A stretch of DNA of 64,000 bases from Ilumatobacteraceae bacterium (GCA_040401815.1 JBBANT010000001.1:34521-98520), one strand, 5' to 3'. Shown: positions 9,494 through 21,610, numbered from the stretch's first letter. A program made the numbers and translations. The notes: generated from the letters alone by a model not told the origin.

Positions 9494-10545
9494 CGGTTCC
9501 TAATAACAAGGCGCCTATGAGCAAAGTGTCAGTTGATGAATCGACGGTGGTGCTGGGTATCGAAACCAGTTGTGACGAAACCGCCGTTGCCGTAGTGATG
9601 GGTGGCACCGATGTGTTGTCGTCGGTGGTGGCCAGCCAACTTGCCGAGCACGCCCGGTTTGGTGGTGTGGTGCCCGAAATTGCGAGCCGCGCCCATCTCG
9701 AAGCGTTACCGCATGTGACTGCACAGGCGATGCAGCAAGCCAACATCGATCTTTCACGTGTCGATGCCGTTGCTGCCACCGTGGGGCCCGGTTTGATTGG
9801 CGCATTGTTGGTGGGTGTGTCGGCGGCGAAGGCAACGGCATTGGCGCTGGATGTGCCATTCATCGGTGTGAACCATCTTGAAGCGCACCTCTATGCAGCC
9901 TTGCTCGATGAACCAAACGCCAAGTTTCCAATGTTGTTTGGTTTGGTGTCTGGCGGGCACACCTTGTTTGTTGAGATGCTGGACTACGACTCGTATCGGG
10001 TCATTGGCCAAACCATCGACGATGCAGCCGGTGAAGCGTTCGACAAAGTGGCGCGCTTTCTTGGCTTGTCATACCCCGGTGGCCCAGCCATTGATGCAGC
10101 CGCCACGCGCGGCAATGACAAAGCCATCAACTTTCCGCGGGCAATGCTCAACGATGGTCTCGATGTTTCATTCAGCGGGCTCAAGACTTCGGTCATCAAC
10201 CACGTGCGGGCCAACCCCAGTGTTTCTACCTATGATGTTGCCGCTTCGTTTCAGCGTGCTGTGGTCGATGTTTTGGTGCACAAGGCTCGTCGGGCAGCAC
10301 GCCAGATCAACGCCCGCACCATTGCGCTGGGTGGTGGTGTGGCGGCCAACTCGCTGTTGCGTCGCGAAATGACTTTGGCCGGCAACACCGACGGCATGGA
10401 AGTGGTGTTACCGTCACGCGAGATGTGCACCGACAACGCAGCGATGATTGCCAGTGCCGGTTGGTATTGCCTGCGTCGTGGCGAAGTGTCGACACTCGAT
10501 GCTGGGGCGAACCCCAACTTAAAACTCGGGGCGGGTCAGCGATGA
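9490..10545 (+). CDS. tsaD: tRNA N6-adenosine threonylcarbamoyltransferase TsaD (Kae1/Gcp)
   Basis: VLGIETSCDETAVAVV, VNHLEAHL, VSGGHT and GGGVAANS motifs are present. Confidence 0.95.
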   Translation: MTVPNNKAPMSKVSVDESTVVLGIETSCDETAVAVVMGGTDVLSSVVASQLAEHARFGGVVPEIASRAHLEALPHVTAQAMQQANIDLSRVDAVAATVGPGLIGALLVGVSAAKATALALDVPFIGVNHLEAHLYAALLDEPNAKFPMLFGLVSGGHTLFVEMLDYDSYRVIGQTIDDAAGEAFDKVARFLGLSYPGGPAIDAAATRGNDKAINFPRAMLNDGLDVSFSGLKTSVINHVRANPSVSTYDVAASFQRAVVDVLVHKARRAARQINARTIALGGGVAANSLLRREMTLAGNTDGMEVVLPSREMCTDNAAMIASAGWYCLRRGEVSTLDAGANPNLKLGAGQR

Positions 10546-11732
10546 CGTCGACGCTCAAGCCGTTGGTTCTGCGTGGGGCATCGACGCACGGCGCACCAAG
10601 TCGCGGTATCGAAGTCTGGCCACCCGTGGTGCTGGCACCGATGGCGGGTGTCACCAATGCACCGTTCCGGTCACTTTGTCGCAACTTCGGGCCGGGGCTG
10701 GTGTATGTCAACGAAATGATCATGGCGGCTGCGCTGGTCTACGGCAATCCGCGCACTCGCTCGATGGTGTCGTTTGCCCCTGATGAAACGTTTCGCAGTT
10801 TGCAGTTGTATGGCAGCGACCCCGTCATCGTCGAAAAAGCGGTCGAGGTGCTGGGCAGTGAAAATTTGGTGGATCACATCGACCTGAACTTCGGTTGCCC
10901 AGCCGCCAAAGTCACGCGCAAGGGCGGCGGCGCCGCTGTGCCCTTGAAAAAGAATCTGCTCGCCGAAATCGTGCGTGCAGCGGTGCGTGCGGGTAGTCGG
11001 TACGGCATTCCGATTACGTGCAAATTTCGTATGGGTATCAACGACGACCTGATCACATATATCGACACCGGCAAAATTTGTCGCGATGCTGGCGCAGTGA
11101 TGATTGCACTCCACGCCCGCACTGCCCAGCAGCACTATGCACCGAGCGCGCGGTGGGAGGCCATAGCCACGCTGAAACAACAAGTCGAGGGCATCCCGGT
11201 GTTGGGCAACGGCGATATTTGGTGCGCCGACGATGCTCTGCGAATGGTTTCCGAAACCGGTTGCGATGGTGTGGTCATTGGTCGCGGTTGTTTGGGCAAG
11301 CCGTGGCTGTTTCGTGATTTGATCGATGGCTTTACTGGCCGCCCGCGCCAGAGCACCCCGTTGCTCGGTGCAGTGCTCGCTGTGATGTTGACCCACGCTG
11401 AGTCGCTCATGCAGCATCATCGCGACAATGGCCGCAATGACGACACCAAAGGCATTCGCGAATTTCGCAAACATTGTGGTTGGTATCTCACCGGATACCC
11501 AGTGGGGCCCGAAGCGCGACGTGCATTTTCTGAAGTCTCAACGCTTGACGACGTGCGCACTTTGGCGGCCTCGCTCGACCCGACACTTGCATTGGTAGAA
11601 GGAGGCGAGCGACTTGCGCGCGGCCACACCAACGGCCCGATCAATGTGGTGTTGCCGCACGGCTATCTTGACCACCTCGACGATTTAGAAGTGCCTGCCG
11701 ATGCATTGCTCACCACGATGAGCGGTGGATGA
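10542..11732 (+). CDS. dus: tRNA-dihydrouridine synthase
   Basis: VLAPMAGVTNAPFRSLCR, DLNFGCPAAKV and GNGDIW motifs are present. The ATG at 10542 overlaps the tsaD stop. Confidence 0.9.
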   Translation: MTSTLKPLVLRGASTHGAPSRGIEVWPPVVLAPMAGVTNAPFRSLCRNFGPGLVYVNEMIMAAALVYGNPRTRSMVSFAPDETFRSLQLYGSDPVIVEKAVEVLGSENLVDHIDLNFGCPAAKVTRKGGGAAVPLKKNLLAEIVRAAVRAGSRYGIPITCKFRMGINDDLITYIDTGKICRDAGAVMIALHARTAQQHYAPSARWEAIATLKQQVEGIPVLGNGDIWCADDALRMVSETGCDGVVIGRGCLGKPWLFRDLIDGFTGRPRQSTPLLGAVLAVMLTHAESLMQHHRDNGRNDDTKGIREFRKHCGWYLTGYPVGPEARRAFSEVSTLDDVRTLAASLDPTLALVEGGERLARGHTNGPINVVLPHGYLDHLDDLEVPADALLTTMSGG

Positions 11733-12340
11733 CCCATTTGGTGTTGGCGTCGCGTTCACCGCGACGTGCCGAGCTACTCACGCAATTGGGCGTGGCGTTC
11801 ATAGTTGACGCCGCCAATCTCGACGAGTCGCCGGTGGTGGGCGAAGCACCGCAAGAGCATGTGCTGCGGTTGGCCACAGCAAAGTGTTTGAGTGTGGCGG
11901 CGCGCCACGGTGCCGACGCTGTGGTGCTGGGTGCGGACACCACGGTGGATGTTGACGGTGAGATTTTTGGCACTCCACGCGATATCGATGACGCCCGCCA
12001 GATGTTGTTGCGGCTCGCTGGGCGCACCCACCACGTGCACACCGCAGTGTGTGTGACTGGCCATGAACCTGGCCATCAACCCGGTGAGCAAACCAGCTAT
12101 CAGGCGGTGCTCGATTCGGCCACGGTCACCATGACCCCCATTGCCGCCGATGCACTCGAGCAGTATTTGCTGACGGGGGAGTCACTCGACAAAGCGGGTG
12201 CCTACGCCGTGCAGGGCCAGGCGGGCGTGTTCGTCGCCCAGGTGAGCGGAGACCTCAGCACGGTGATCGGGTTGCCGATTCCGCTCGTCCAGCAACTCTT
12301 GCGCCCCTTCGGGTTGTTGCCGCCCCAGCCTCGCCCCTAG
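11729..12340 (+). CDS. maf: Maf-like nucleoside triphosphate pyrophosphatase
   Basis: LVLASRSPRRAELLTQLGV, LGADTTV and KAGAYAVQG motifs are present. Confidence 0.88.
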   Translation: MTHLVLASRSPRRAELLTQLGVAFIVDAANLDESPVVGEAPQEHVLRLATAKCLSVAARHGADAVVLGADTTVDVDGEIFGTPRDIDDARQMLLRLAGRTHHVHTAVCVTGHEPGHQPGEQTSYQAVLDSATVTMTPIAADALEQYLLTGESLDKAGAYAVQGQAGVFVAQVSGDLSTVIGLPIPLVQQLLRPFGLLPPQPRP

Positions 12341-12342
12341 CA

Positions 12343-12369
12343 TTAGCACTCGCCCACAGAGAGTGCTAA
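12343..12369 (+). promoter_or_regulatory. CIRCE operator (HrcA binding site) upstream of groES-groEL
   Basis: Perfect TTAGCACTC-N9-GAGTGCTAA inverted repeat, read at 12343-12351 and 12361-12369, 67 nt upstream of the groES ATG. Confidence 0.92.
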
Positions 12370-12435
12370 CTGCGTCTCTGTGGCGAAAAGACAGCCCGTC
12401 TCCCGCCCGGGAGACCTGCACGAAAAGGAAAACAT

Positions 12436-12729
12436 ATGAACTTCAAGCCCCTTGATGACAGAGTGGTGGTCAAGCCATCCGAAGCCGAACAGACCACCGC
12501 GTCAGGCCTCGTCATCCCCGACACCGCCAAAGAAAAGCCACAGCAGGGCACCGTGCTCGCCGTTGGCCCAGGTCGCTGGAGCGACACCGCCGGCAAGTAC
12601 TTCCCACTTGACCTGAAGGTTGGCGACGTCGTTTTGTACAGCAAGTACGGCGGCACCGAAGTCACGCACAAGGGCGACGACCTGCTCATCCTCACGAGCC
12701 GCGATGTGCTCGCGATCGTTTCCAAATAA
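12436..12729 (+). CDS. groES: Co-chaperonin GroES
   Basis: [46 protein letters not shown] is typical Hsp10. Confidence 0.97.
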   Translation: MNFKPLDDRVVVKPSEAEQTTASGLVIPDTAKEKPQQGTVLAVGPGRWSDTAGKYFPLDLKVGDVVLYSKYGGTEVTHKGDDLLILTSRDVLAIVSK

Positions 12730-12740
12730 TTACTCCGTAA

Positions 12741-14399
<1,659 letters not shown>

Positions 14400-14415
14400 C
14401 GCAGCACGCTGCAAC

Positions 14416-14433
14416 GTTCCGCTCACGCGGAAC
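14416..14433. terminator. Hairpin between convergent groEL and the IMPase-family gene (possible bidirectional terminator)
   Basis: GTTCCGC-tcac-GCGGAAC forms a 7-bp stem with a 4-nt loop. No U-tract follows, so the call is tentative. Confidence 0.35.
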
Positions 14434-14447
14434 ACAATGAATCTGAG

Positions 14448-15260
14448 TTAACGGTCGCTTTCAAGCGCGCTGAGCACAGCGCCATGGAGGCGACCGTTGC
14501 TCGTTATCAGTGAATCTGATCGCCAATTGGCTTCGCCGTGGCGGTTGGTCCACTTGCCGCCGGCCTCGGTGACGATTGCCGCGAGTGCAGCGATGTCATA
14601 CGGCCCGAGCCCGATTGCATCGACGGCAAAATCAACTACACCCTGCGCCACCATCATGTGTTGCCAAAAATCTCCGTAGTTGCGCAGGCGACCCACGTTG
14701 CGTTGCAGTGAGTTGAGTTGTTCGGTTTTGTTCGCGGCGTGCCACGACTCGGTCACCGTGATGCTGGCACTGGCGCGACGCAGTTCGCTCACATCGCTGA
14801 CACGAATTGGCTGGGCTGGCATGTTGGCGCCGTTGCTCGTTGTGTGGTGCGCACCCAGCCCGCGCGCTGCCCACCACCGCATGCCTAGCGCCGGGGCCGA
14901 CACCACACCGAGCACGGGCTCGCCCTCGTGCACCAAGGCGATGAGTGTGGCCCACACCGGCACGCCACGCACGAAGTTGCTCGTGCCGTCAATCGGGTCG
15001 ACCACCCATTGTGTTGTGGCATCGGCGGGGCCAACCACACCATGTTCTTCGCCATACAACGAGTAGTCGGGGCGTTCGGTACGCAACAGGTTGCTGATTG
15101 CTAGTTCGGTATTGCGATCAAGTTCGGTGACTTCGCTTTTGTCGGCCTTGCGCTCGACGGTGAAGGCGCGTTGTTGAAACCCCGGCAGGCTGACTGCGTC
15201 AGCCACGTCGGCCGCTTGGCGGGCCAAGGCCAAATCATCGGCCAGCAGTTGAGGTGTCAT
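14448..15260 (-). CDS. Inositol monophosphatase family protein (possibly histidinol-phosphatase HisN)
   Basis: EE...WVVDPIDGTSNFVRGVP metal-binding motifs are present. The ATG at 15260 (MTPQLLADD) is preferred over the ORF-track start at 15323. Confidence 0.85.
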   Translation of the reverse strand: MTPQLLADDLALARQAADVADAVSLPGFQQRAFTVERKADKSEVTELDRNTELAISNLLRTERPDYSLYGEEHGVVGPADATTQWVVDPIDGTSNFVRGVPVWATLIALVHEGEPVLGVVSAPALGMRWWAARGLGAHHTTSNGANMPAQPIRVSDVSELRRASASITVTESWHAANKTEQLNSLQRNVGRLRNYGDFWQHMMVAQGVVDFAVDAIGLGPYDIAALAAIVTEAGGKWTNRHGEANWRSDSLITSNGRLHGAVLSALESDR

Positions 15261-15273
15261 GACCCGCCTGACG

Positions 15274-17229
15274 CTAGGGCAGGGCGAGCATCTCGCGTGC
15301 AGTGCGTTCGATCCCCGTGGCATCGAGACCCAACTTGGCGAGAATCACATCGGGTTTGGCGTGCGGAATAAACCGTGTGGGCAACCCCAACACCTTGATA
15401 ACTGGCGCGGCAGCTGGCGCCACCGAGGTGATGGCGTCGGCGAGTAAGAAACCAATGCCACCGTCGCGGATGCCGTCTTCGAGCGTGATCACCCGACGGT
15501 GTTCTGCGGCATCGCGAATCATCGCATCGTCGGCCGGCACGCACGAGCGAACATCCCACAGGGTGGCGGTGATTCCACTTTGGGCCAAAGCAGCAACTGC
15601 TTTTTCTGCTGCACCCACCATTTTGCCCACGGCCAAGATGCACAGTGCTTTCGCCGGGTCGGTGGCCATACGTCGCGCATTCAACCCCACACCCACATCG
15701 CTCTCGGCCACTTGGCGGGCATTGCCCTTTGGGTAGCGAATCACCACTGGGCCAGTGTCAGCTAGCGACATCGCATCGTGCAACATCTGTTGCAAGTCCT
15801 GTGCGCTCGATGGGGCCAGCACGCGCATGCCGGGCACCTTGGAGAGCAGCGCCATGTCATACACACCGTGGTGGCTCGGGCCGTCGTCGCCGGTGATACC
15901 GGCGCGGTCTAGACAAAAGATCACGGGCAAGCGATGCAACGCCACATCAAACACCAATTGATCCCACGCGCGATTCAAGAATGTGGAATACAGCGCCACT
16001 ACTGGTCGCATGCCATTCATCGCCAGACCGGCAGCAAAAGTTACGGCGTGTTGCTCGGCGATACCGACGTCAAAGAACCGATCGGGAAAATGTGATTCAA
16101 ATGCAATCAACCCTGTTGGCCCGGGCATCGCGGCGGTAATGGCAACGATGCGCTGGTCGCTCTGGGCTTCTTTAACCAGTGCGTCAGCAAATGCTTGGGT
16201 GTAGCCCGTCGGCACTGCTTTCGGTGGGCCATTAACAGGGTCAAAGATCGGTGCGTCGTGCAAGTGTTTTTCGTCGTCGTCTTCGGCCGGCGAATAGCCC
16301 CGACCTTTTTGAGTAATCACATGCACCACGATGGGTCCTTCTTCAGCCCGCATCGCAGCGGCGCTCAGCGCGTGTTCTAACTCGGCAAAGTTGTGGCCAT
16401 CCACTGGGCCCACGTAACGCACGCCGAGCGCTTCAAAAAATGCAGTGGGCTGCAGATATTCGCGAATACCCGCTTTAACGGCTTCAAGCCCGCGCTCGGC
16501 TTGCGGGCCGACCACGGGCAAGTCGTGCAACCATCGCTCTAAGCGTCGCTGACGTTGCACATACACCGGGTTGAGTCGCACGTTGGTAAGCGCCCGTGAC
16601 AAACGCCGTGTGAGTCGATCACGCGGTCGCGGCATTTCACTTGTTTCATCCAGCGGATGCGGATGATGCACCAGGTTTGACACCGTTGGCGCATACGAGC
16701 GGCCGTTGTCGTTCAACACGATGATGACGCGACTCTTTGAATGGCCCAAGTTGTTGAGAGCTTCGTAAGCCATGCCCCCGGTGAGGGAGCCGTCACCGAT
16801 TACAGCAACAACATGGCGCCTGTCAGCAGGCTGGCCTTTGTCGCGCGCCACCGCCATGCCGTGGGCATACGACAGCACCGTCGATGCGTGACTATTTTCG
16901 ATGAAGTCGTGCACGCTTTCTTCACGGCTGGGGTATCCCGAAAGCCCACCAGCTTGGCGCAATTGTGCAAACCCGCCCCGTCGACCTGTAACCAATTTGT
17001 GAATGTAGGCCTGGTGCCCGGTGTCCCACAAGATGGCGTCGCGTGGCGACTCGAACACTCGATGCAACGCCAGGGTGAGCTCGACCGCGCCAAGATTCGA
17101 ACCCAAATGCCCGCCGGTTTCGGCGACCGCTGCGACGATGAAGTCGCGGATCTCACCTGCCAGCTCGTCTAACTGCGAGTGGCTGAGGGTACGCAGATCA
17201 CTCGGTTGGCGGATATCAGCAAGCGCCAT
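15274..17229 (-). CDS. dxs: 1-deoxy-D-xylulose-5-phosphate synthase
   Basis: GGHLGSNLGAVELT, IGDGSLTGGMAYEALN and DVGIAEQHAVTFAAGLA motifs are present. Length is 651 aa. Confidence 0.96.
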   Translation of the reverse strand: MALADIRQPSDLRTLSHSQLDELAGEIRDFIVAAVAETGGHLGSNLGAVELTLALHRVFESPRDAILWDTGHQAYIHKLVTGRRGGFAQLRQAGGLSGYPSREESVHDFIENSHASTVLSYAHGMAVARDKGQPADRRHVVAVIGDGSLTGGMAYEALNNLGHSKSRVIIVLNDNGRSYAPTVSNLVHHPHPLDETSEMPRPRDRLTRRLSRALTNVRLNPVYVQRQRRLERWLHDLPVVGPQAERGLEAVKAGIREYLQPTAFFEALGVRYVGPVDGHNFAELEHALSAAAMRAEEGPIVVHVITQKGRGYSPAEDDDEKHLHDAPIFDPVNGPPKAVPTGYTQAFADALVKEAQSDQRIVAITAAMPGPTGLIAFESHFPDRFFDVGIAEQHAVTFAAGLAMNGMRPVVALYSTFLNRAWDQLVFDVALHRLPVIFCLDRAGITGDDGPSHHGVYDMALLSKVPGMRVLAPSSAQDLQQMLHDAMSLADTGPVVIRYPKGNARQVAESDVGVGLNARRMATDPAKALCILAVGKMVGAAEKAVAALAQSGITATLWDVRSCVPADDAMIRDAAEHRRVITLEDGIRDGGIGFLLADAITSVAPAAAPVIKVLGLPTRFIPHAKPDVILAKLGLDATGIERTAREMLALP

Positions 17230-17243
17230 AACAAGGTAGAACG

Positions 17244-18080
17244 CTAGCCCTCACGAGTGACCAGCCGCCGAGCGTTCCACTGGTGAATTCTGGCGCCAAT
17301 CCAATATCCCGCAGCAAACACCACGATGCCGCCCAAGCCGTCAATCCAAAAGTGGTTGCCCGTAATAACGATGCACACCAGGGTGATGAGTGGATAAGCG
17401 ACAAGTACGACACGCATCCAACGGCGACGGGCCAGCGGGAACAGCGCGAACACACACCACACCGACCAGCCAATGTGCAGAGACGGCATGGCGGCGTATT
17501 GATTCGACAAGGTCTTGCCTGGGCCACGATCGAACGCCCAGGGGCCGCCAAACTCTTTGATGGTGTCGCTATACCCAAAATTTTCTGCACCGTTGTAGTT
17601 GCGCAATTCATGTTCAATGCACGCTGCGCCGAATCCAGTTGAAGGACACGGCGCATCAAGCAGGCGTGGGGGCATGAGTGGGAATAATGCAAACCCGATG
17701 ATCGCCAAGGCAGTCATTGCCGCAAGGCAATTTCGCCACAGCCCGAATACCGCTGGACGCAGAATAAAGAGCGCAACAAACACCCCGAGTGTGACAAAGA
17801 AATGGGCCGTGCCGTAATACACGTTGAAAAATTTGATGACACCGGTGTGTGGCAAAAACCAATCCTGAATCGTTTCTTCGTGATAAAGGCCAAGGGCACG
17901 CTCCACACGAATCACCCGCATGGCATTGATAAACGCCTCGATGGGAATCTGGCTACCTGAGACCAGGGCTGAGCCAAATAAGTTGCGCACTAATGAATAG
18001 ACGCCATAAAAAGCCGCAACAATAAGGGCTTCCTTCCGCCATGACATGCGCTGCGGGTGCGTCGGCATGCTCACAGTCAC
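17244..18080 (-). CDS. PAP2-superfamily integral membrane protein (Aur1/IPC-synthase-like PAP2_3 type)
   Basis: The protein has multiple hydrophobic spans and an AAMPSLHIGWSVW motif. The start is either GTG 18080 or ATG 18068. Confidence 0.7.
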   Translation of the reverse strand: MTVSMPTHPQRMSWRKEALIVAAFYGVYSLVRNLFGSALVSGSQIPIEAFINAMRVIRVERALGLYHEETIQDWFLPHTGVIKFFNVYYGTAHFFVTLGVFVALFILRPAVFGLWRNCLAAMTALAIIGFALFPLMPPRLLDAPCPSTGFGAACIEHELRNYNGAENFGYSDTIKEFGGPWAFDRGPGKTLSNQYAAMPSLHIGWSVWCVFALFPLARRRWMRVVLVAYPLITLVCIVITGNHFWIDGLGGIVVFAAGYWIGARIHQWNARRLVTREG

Positions 18081-18155
18081 GCAGCGAGGCTACTGACGTA
18101 GGTTTTTGTCACATCCGCTTATCAACGCCGCAGGGTAAATCGGTAGGCTCTCGCC

Positions 18156-19568
18156 ATGTCAAACAACGAAAATCTGTTGGTCGCACCTGATGTGTTGTCA
18201 CGAGTGTTGGCTCGGGGGCGTTCGACCGGCGCCGATTTTTCAGAGGTCTTCGTCGAAGACAAGCGCAGCACCTCGGCTGGGCTAGACGACGGAAAAATCG
18301 AGCAAGTATCCAGCGGTCGCGACCGCGGCGCAGGCATTCGAGTGGTCAAAGGTGACACCACTGGCTTTGCGCACACGAGCGACCTCAGTGAAAAAGGTTT
18401 GTTGGCTGCGGCCGAAGCCGCTGCGGCTGCCGCCTCGCGTGGTGGTGGCGGTGTGAACAGTGTGGCCCTCGGGGCAGTGATGCGCCACCCAGTGAACACC
18501 ATCGAAAAGTGGCCCGACGAGGTAACCAAGCGCGAAAAAGTTGCGCTCTTGCAGCGAGTTGATGCAGCCGCTCGCGGAGTGCACAAGGCAATCGTGCAGG
18601 TTTCTGCCGGCTACGGCGACTCGCGTAAGCGAATTCTGATCGCCAATAGCGAAGGCGTGCTCGCTGCTGACGAACAGGTGCGCACGTTGTTGCGCGTCAG
18701 CGTGGTTGCCAGCGGTGACGGCGGTATGCAAACCGGTTTTCAGTCGCTCGGGCACACGATTGGCTTCGAAGTGTTTGACCAAAACGATGTCGAAGAACTC
18801 GCTCGTTCGGCTGCCCAACAAGCAGTCACCAAGTTGAGTGCGCGTCCGGCACCGTCGGGCTCACTGCCAGTCGTCATCAAACATGGTTCGGGCGGTGTGT
18901 TGTTTCACGAGGCATGCGGCCACGGCTTAGAAGCCGACATCATCAGCAAGGGCGCGAGCGTGTACAAAGACAAAAAAGGTGAGCTCGTTGCATCGTCACT
19001 AGTGACTTTGATTGACGACGGCACGATGACCGCCGAGTGGGGCGCCATTGGCATCGACGACGAAGGCCACCCGTCGCAGCGCAACGTGCTCATTCAAGAC
19101 GGTGTGCTCACCGATTACATGTGGGATTATCTGCGGGCCCGCAACGAAGGCCGCCGTCAATCGGGCAATGGCCGTCGCCAGAGCTATCAGCACCTGCCAA
19201 TGGTGCGGATGACCAACACGTTTGTGTTGAACGGCCCACACGACCCAGCGGCAATCGTGCGCGACACCAAAAACGGCGTATACGTCGCCAAGTTGGGTGG
19301 CGGACAAGTCGACACCGCCAGTGGTGACTTCGTGTTCGGCATGACTGAGGCGTATCTGATCGAAAATGGTGAAATCACCGAACCGCTGCGCGACGGCAAC
19401 CTGATTGGCAACGGCCCACAGGTGTTGCGCGACATCGACTTGCTTGGCAACGACTTTGCAATGGGTAACCCCGGCACCTGCGGCAAAGATGGCCAGGGTG
19501 TGCCGGTGGGTGACGGGCAACCAACGCTGCGAGTAAAGAGCCTCACCATCGGTGGCACGGCAGCGTGA
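18156..19568 (+). CDS. tldD: Metalloprotease TldD
   Basis: HEACGHGLEAD zinc motif. It is 470 aa and is followed by its PmbA partner. Confidence 0.92.
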   Translation: MSNNENLLVAPDVLSRVLARGRSTGADFSEVFVEDKRSTSAGLDDGKIEQVSSGRDRGAGIRVVKGDTTGFAHTSDLSEKGLLAAAEAAAAAASRGGGGVNSVALGAVMRHPVNTIEKWPDEVTKREKVALLQRVDAAARGVHKAIVQVSAGYGDSRKRILIANSEGVLAADEQVRTLLRVSVVASGDGGMQTGFQSLGHTIGFEVFDQNDVEELARSAAQQAVTKLSARPAPSGSLPVVIKHGSGGVLFHEACGHGLEADIISKGASVYKDKKGELVASSLVTLIDDGTMTAEWGAIGIDDEGHPSQRNVLIQDGVLTDYMWDYLRARNEGRRQSGNGRRQSYQHLPMVRMTNTFVLNGPHDPAAIVRDTKNGVYVAKLGGGQVDTASGDFVFGMTEAYLIENGEITEPLRDGNLIGNGPQVLRDIDLLGNDFAMGNPGTCGKDGQGVPVGDGQPTLRVKSLTIGGTAA

Positions 19569-20917
19569 CCATAGAAGTTCCTGAACTACAAGCGATCGCT
19601 GATCGCATCGTCGGGCAAGCCAAGCCAGGTGAGCAGATCGAGGCCTATGTGGGCCGTGGTGGTGAAACATCGGTGCGCGTGTACGAGGGCGAACTCGAAC
19701 ACTTCGTTTCAGCGCAAAGCGATGGCGTAGGTATTCGGGTCATCAAAGATGGTCGCACTGGCACTGCATATGCCGGCACGCTTGACGCCACTGCAATAGC
19801 CGAAGTGCTGGCCGAGGCCCGCGACAACGTGCAGTTTGGCACCCAAGACGAATTTGCCGGGCTCGCCACACCCGATGGTGTTGCTGTTGTGCCCCAAAAG
19901 TTTTGGGATGAAGAGCTGGCCAACTACGCAACCGAGGGCAAGGTAGATCTCACCAAAGATCTCGAGCGTCGAGCGCTGGCAGCCGATTCGCGGGTGCGAA
20001 CCGAGTCGGCCAATTATGACGACGGTTGGGATGAATCGGCATTTGCCACCACCACTGGCATTCGCGCTAGCGGTCGGTCGAATTCGTGTTACGTGTCGGT
20101 GGTGACGCTGGCCGATGACGGCGACGAAACGCAGACAGGGTTCGGTTTTTCAGTTGGCGATTCGCCGAAAGATTTTGATCTCGACAAAGCGGCGCGCGAA
20201 GCCGCAGACCGCGCCACGCGTTTGCTCGGTGCCACCAAGCCAGCCACCAAACGCACCACGATCGTGCTCGACCCGTATGTGACTTCGCAGTTCATCAGCA
20301 TTTTGTCGAGCGCCTTCAATGGCGAAAACGTGTCAAAAGGTCGCAGTATTTTTGCCGAGCGCCTCGGCGAACAAGTGGCCGTGCCGTTTTTTACACTCGT
20401 GGATGACCCGACGAACAAGTTGGCTTACACCGCCACGGATATTGATGGCGAAGGTCTCGCCGCACGGCGCAACGTGTTGATCAAAGACGGTGTGTTGCAG
20501 ATGTTCGTGCAGTCGTCGTACAGCGCCCGTCGCATGAAGACCACCAGCACGGGCAATGCCACCCGCGGCGGGTTCGCTGGTTCGCCAGGTGTCGGCTGTT
20601 TGGCCATGCAAGTTGCACCAGGCACCAAGTCGCAAGCAGAACTGATTGCCGATATCGATGACGGCGTGCTCATTCAAGAAGTGTCTGGGCTGCACAGTGG
20701 CGTCAACCCCATCTCGGGCGACTTCTCCACCGGTGCATCGGGCATGACGATTGTGAACGGGGCAGTGGGTGCACCGATTCGCGAATTTACGATCGGCTCC
20801 ACGCTGCAGCGCATGCTGCAAGACATCGTGGCGATCGGCAACGACATCGACTGGTTGCCGATGCGTGCCGTTGGTTTGTCGTTGGTGATCAACGACGTCA
20901 CCATCAGCGGCTCGTAG
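19565..20917 (+). CDS. pmbA: PmbA/TldE family metalloprotease subunit
   Basis: It overlaps the tldD stop. The C-terminal ...SGLHSGVNPISGDFS.GASG... is typical of the PmbA/TldD fold. Confidence 0.88.
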   Translation: MTIEVPELQAIADRIVGQAKPGEQIEAYVGRGGETSVRVYEGELEHFVSAQSDGVGIRVIKDGRTGTAYAGTLDATAIAEVLAEARDNVQFGTQDEFAGLATPDGVAVVPQKFWDEELANYATEGKVDLTKDLERRALAADSRVRTESANYDDGWDESAFATTTGIRASGRSNSCYVSVVTLADDGDETQTGFGFSVGDSPKDFDLDKAAREAADRATRLLGATKPATKRTTIVLDPYVTSQFISILSSAFNGENVSKGRSIFAERLGEQVAVPFFTLVDDPTNKLAYTATDIDGEGLAARRNVLIKDGVLQMFVQSSYSARRMKTTSTGNATRGGFAGSPGVGCLAMQVAPGTKSQAELIADIDDGVLIQEVSGLHSGVNPISGDFSTGASGMTIVNGAVGAPIREFTIGSTLQRMLQDIVAIGNDIDWLPMRAVGLSLVINDVTISGS

Positions 20918-20939
20918 CACATGTGCTACGCTGGGCGCT

Positions 20940-21215
20940 ATGGCAATGGTGGCGTCGCGGGAACTGCGTAACAACACCCGGTCGCTCGTAACGCGGGTAA
21001 AAAGTGGCGAAACAATCGTCATCACTGTTGATGGCGAACCAGTAGCCGAACTTCGACCTGTCGACCATCGCCGCCGCTGGATACCGCGCGATGAAGTCTT
21101 CTCCGACTTCGTGCAGGCCGACCCGGCACTGCGTGCTGAACTGCGTCAACCCATTGACACCATCGCCGCACACGACAAGCGCGAATCGGCTCGCCGAAAG
21201 CCATCAGCAAAGTGA
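20940..21215 (+). CDS. vapB: Type II antitoxin (Phd/YefM-VapB type)
   Basis: The N-terminus RELRNNTRSLVTRVKSGETIVITVDGEPVAEL is typical of Phd/YefM antitoxins. It overlaps the downstream PIN gene by 4 nt. Confidence 0.8.
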   Translation: MAMVASRELRNNTRSLVTRVKSGETIVITVDGEPVAELRPVDHRRRWIPRDEVFSDFVQADPALRAELRQPIDTIAAHDKRESARRKPSAK

Positions 21216-21610
21216 GCCCAAAGACGAGCCAAGGCCTGCTTGACACAAGTGTGTTCATTGCCCAAGAGTCGGGTCGCGCTATTTCGCTCGAGCACATTCC
21301 CGATCAGGTCGCGGTGTCGGTGGTGACCCTGGCGGAATTGCAGCTGGGGGTGTTGCTGGCAACCAATGCATCCGTGCGCCGACGTCGGCTTGCTACGTAT
21401 CGCAATGCATTGAAGTTCGAACCGATCCCTATTGATAATGCTGTGGGCGACGAATGGGCCGAGTTGCGAAGCAACCTTGGTGTCGGTAAAAAGTCGCTCA
21501 CTGCCAACGACTTGTGGATCGCAGCAACGGCCTGCCATCTCGGTGTTCCACTCATTACACAAGATCGAGAGTTGGCAAAAATTCCCGGCGTGCAAGTGAT
21601 CGTGGTGTAG
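21212..21610 (+). CDS. vapC: PIN-domain toxin VapC
   Basis: GLLDTSVFI (first acidic residue), ...LAELQ... and ...LITQDRE are present. Length is 132 aa. Confidence 0.85.
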   Translation: MSPKTSQGLLDTSVFIAQESGRAISLEHIPDQVAVSVVTLAELQLGVLLATNASVRRRRLATYRNALKFEPIPIDNAVGDEWAELRSNLGVGKKSLTANDLWIAATACHLGVPLITQDRELAKIPGVQVIVV

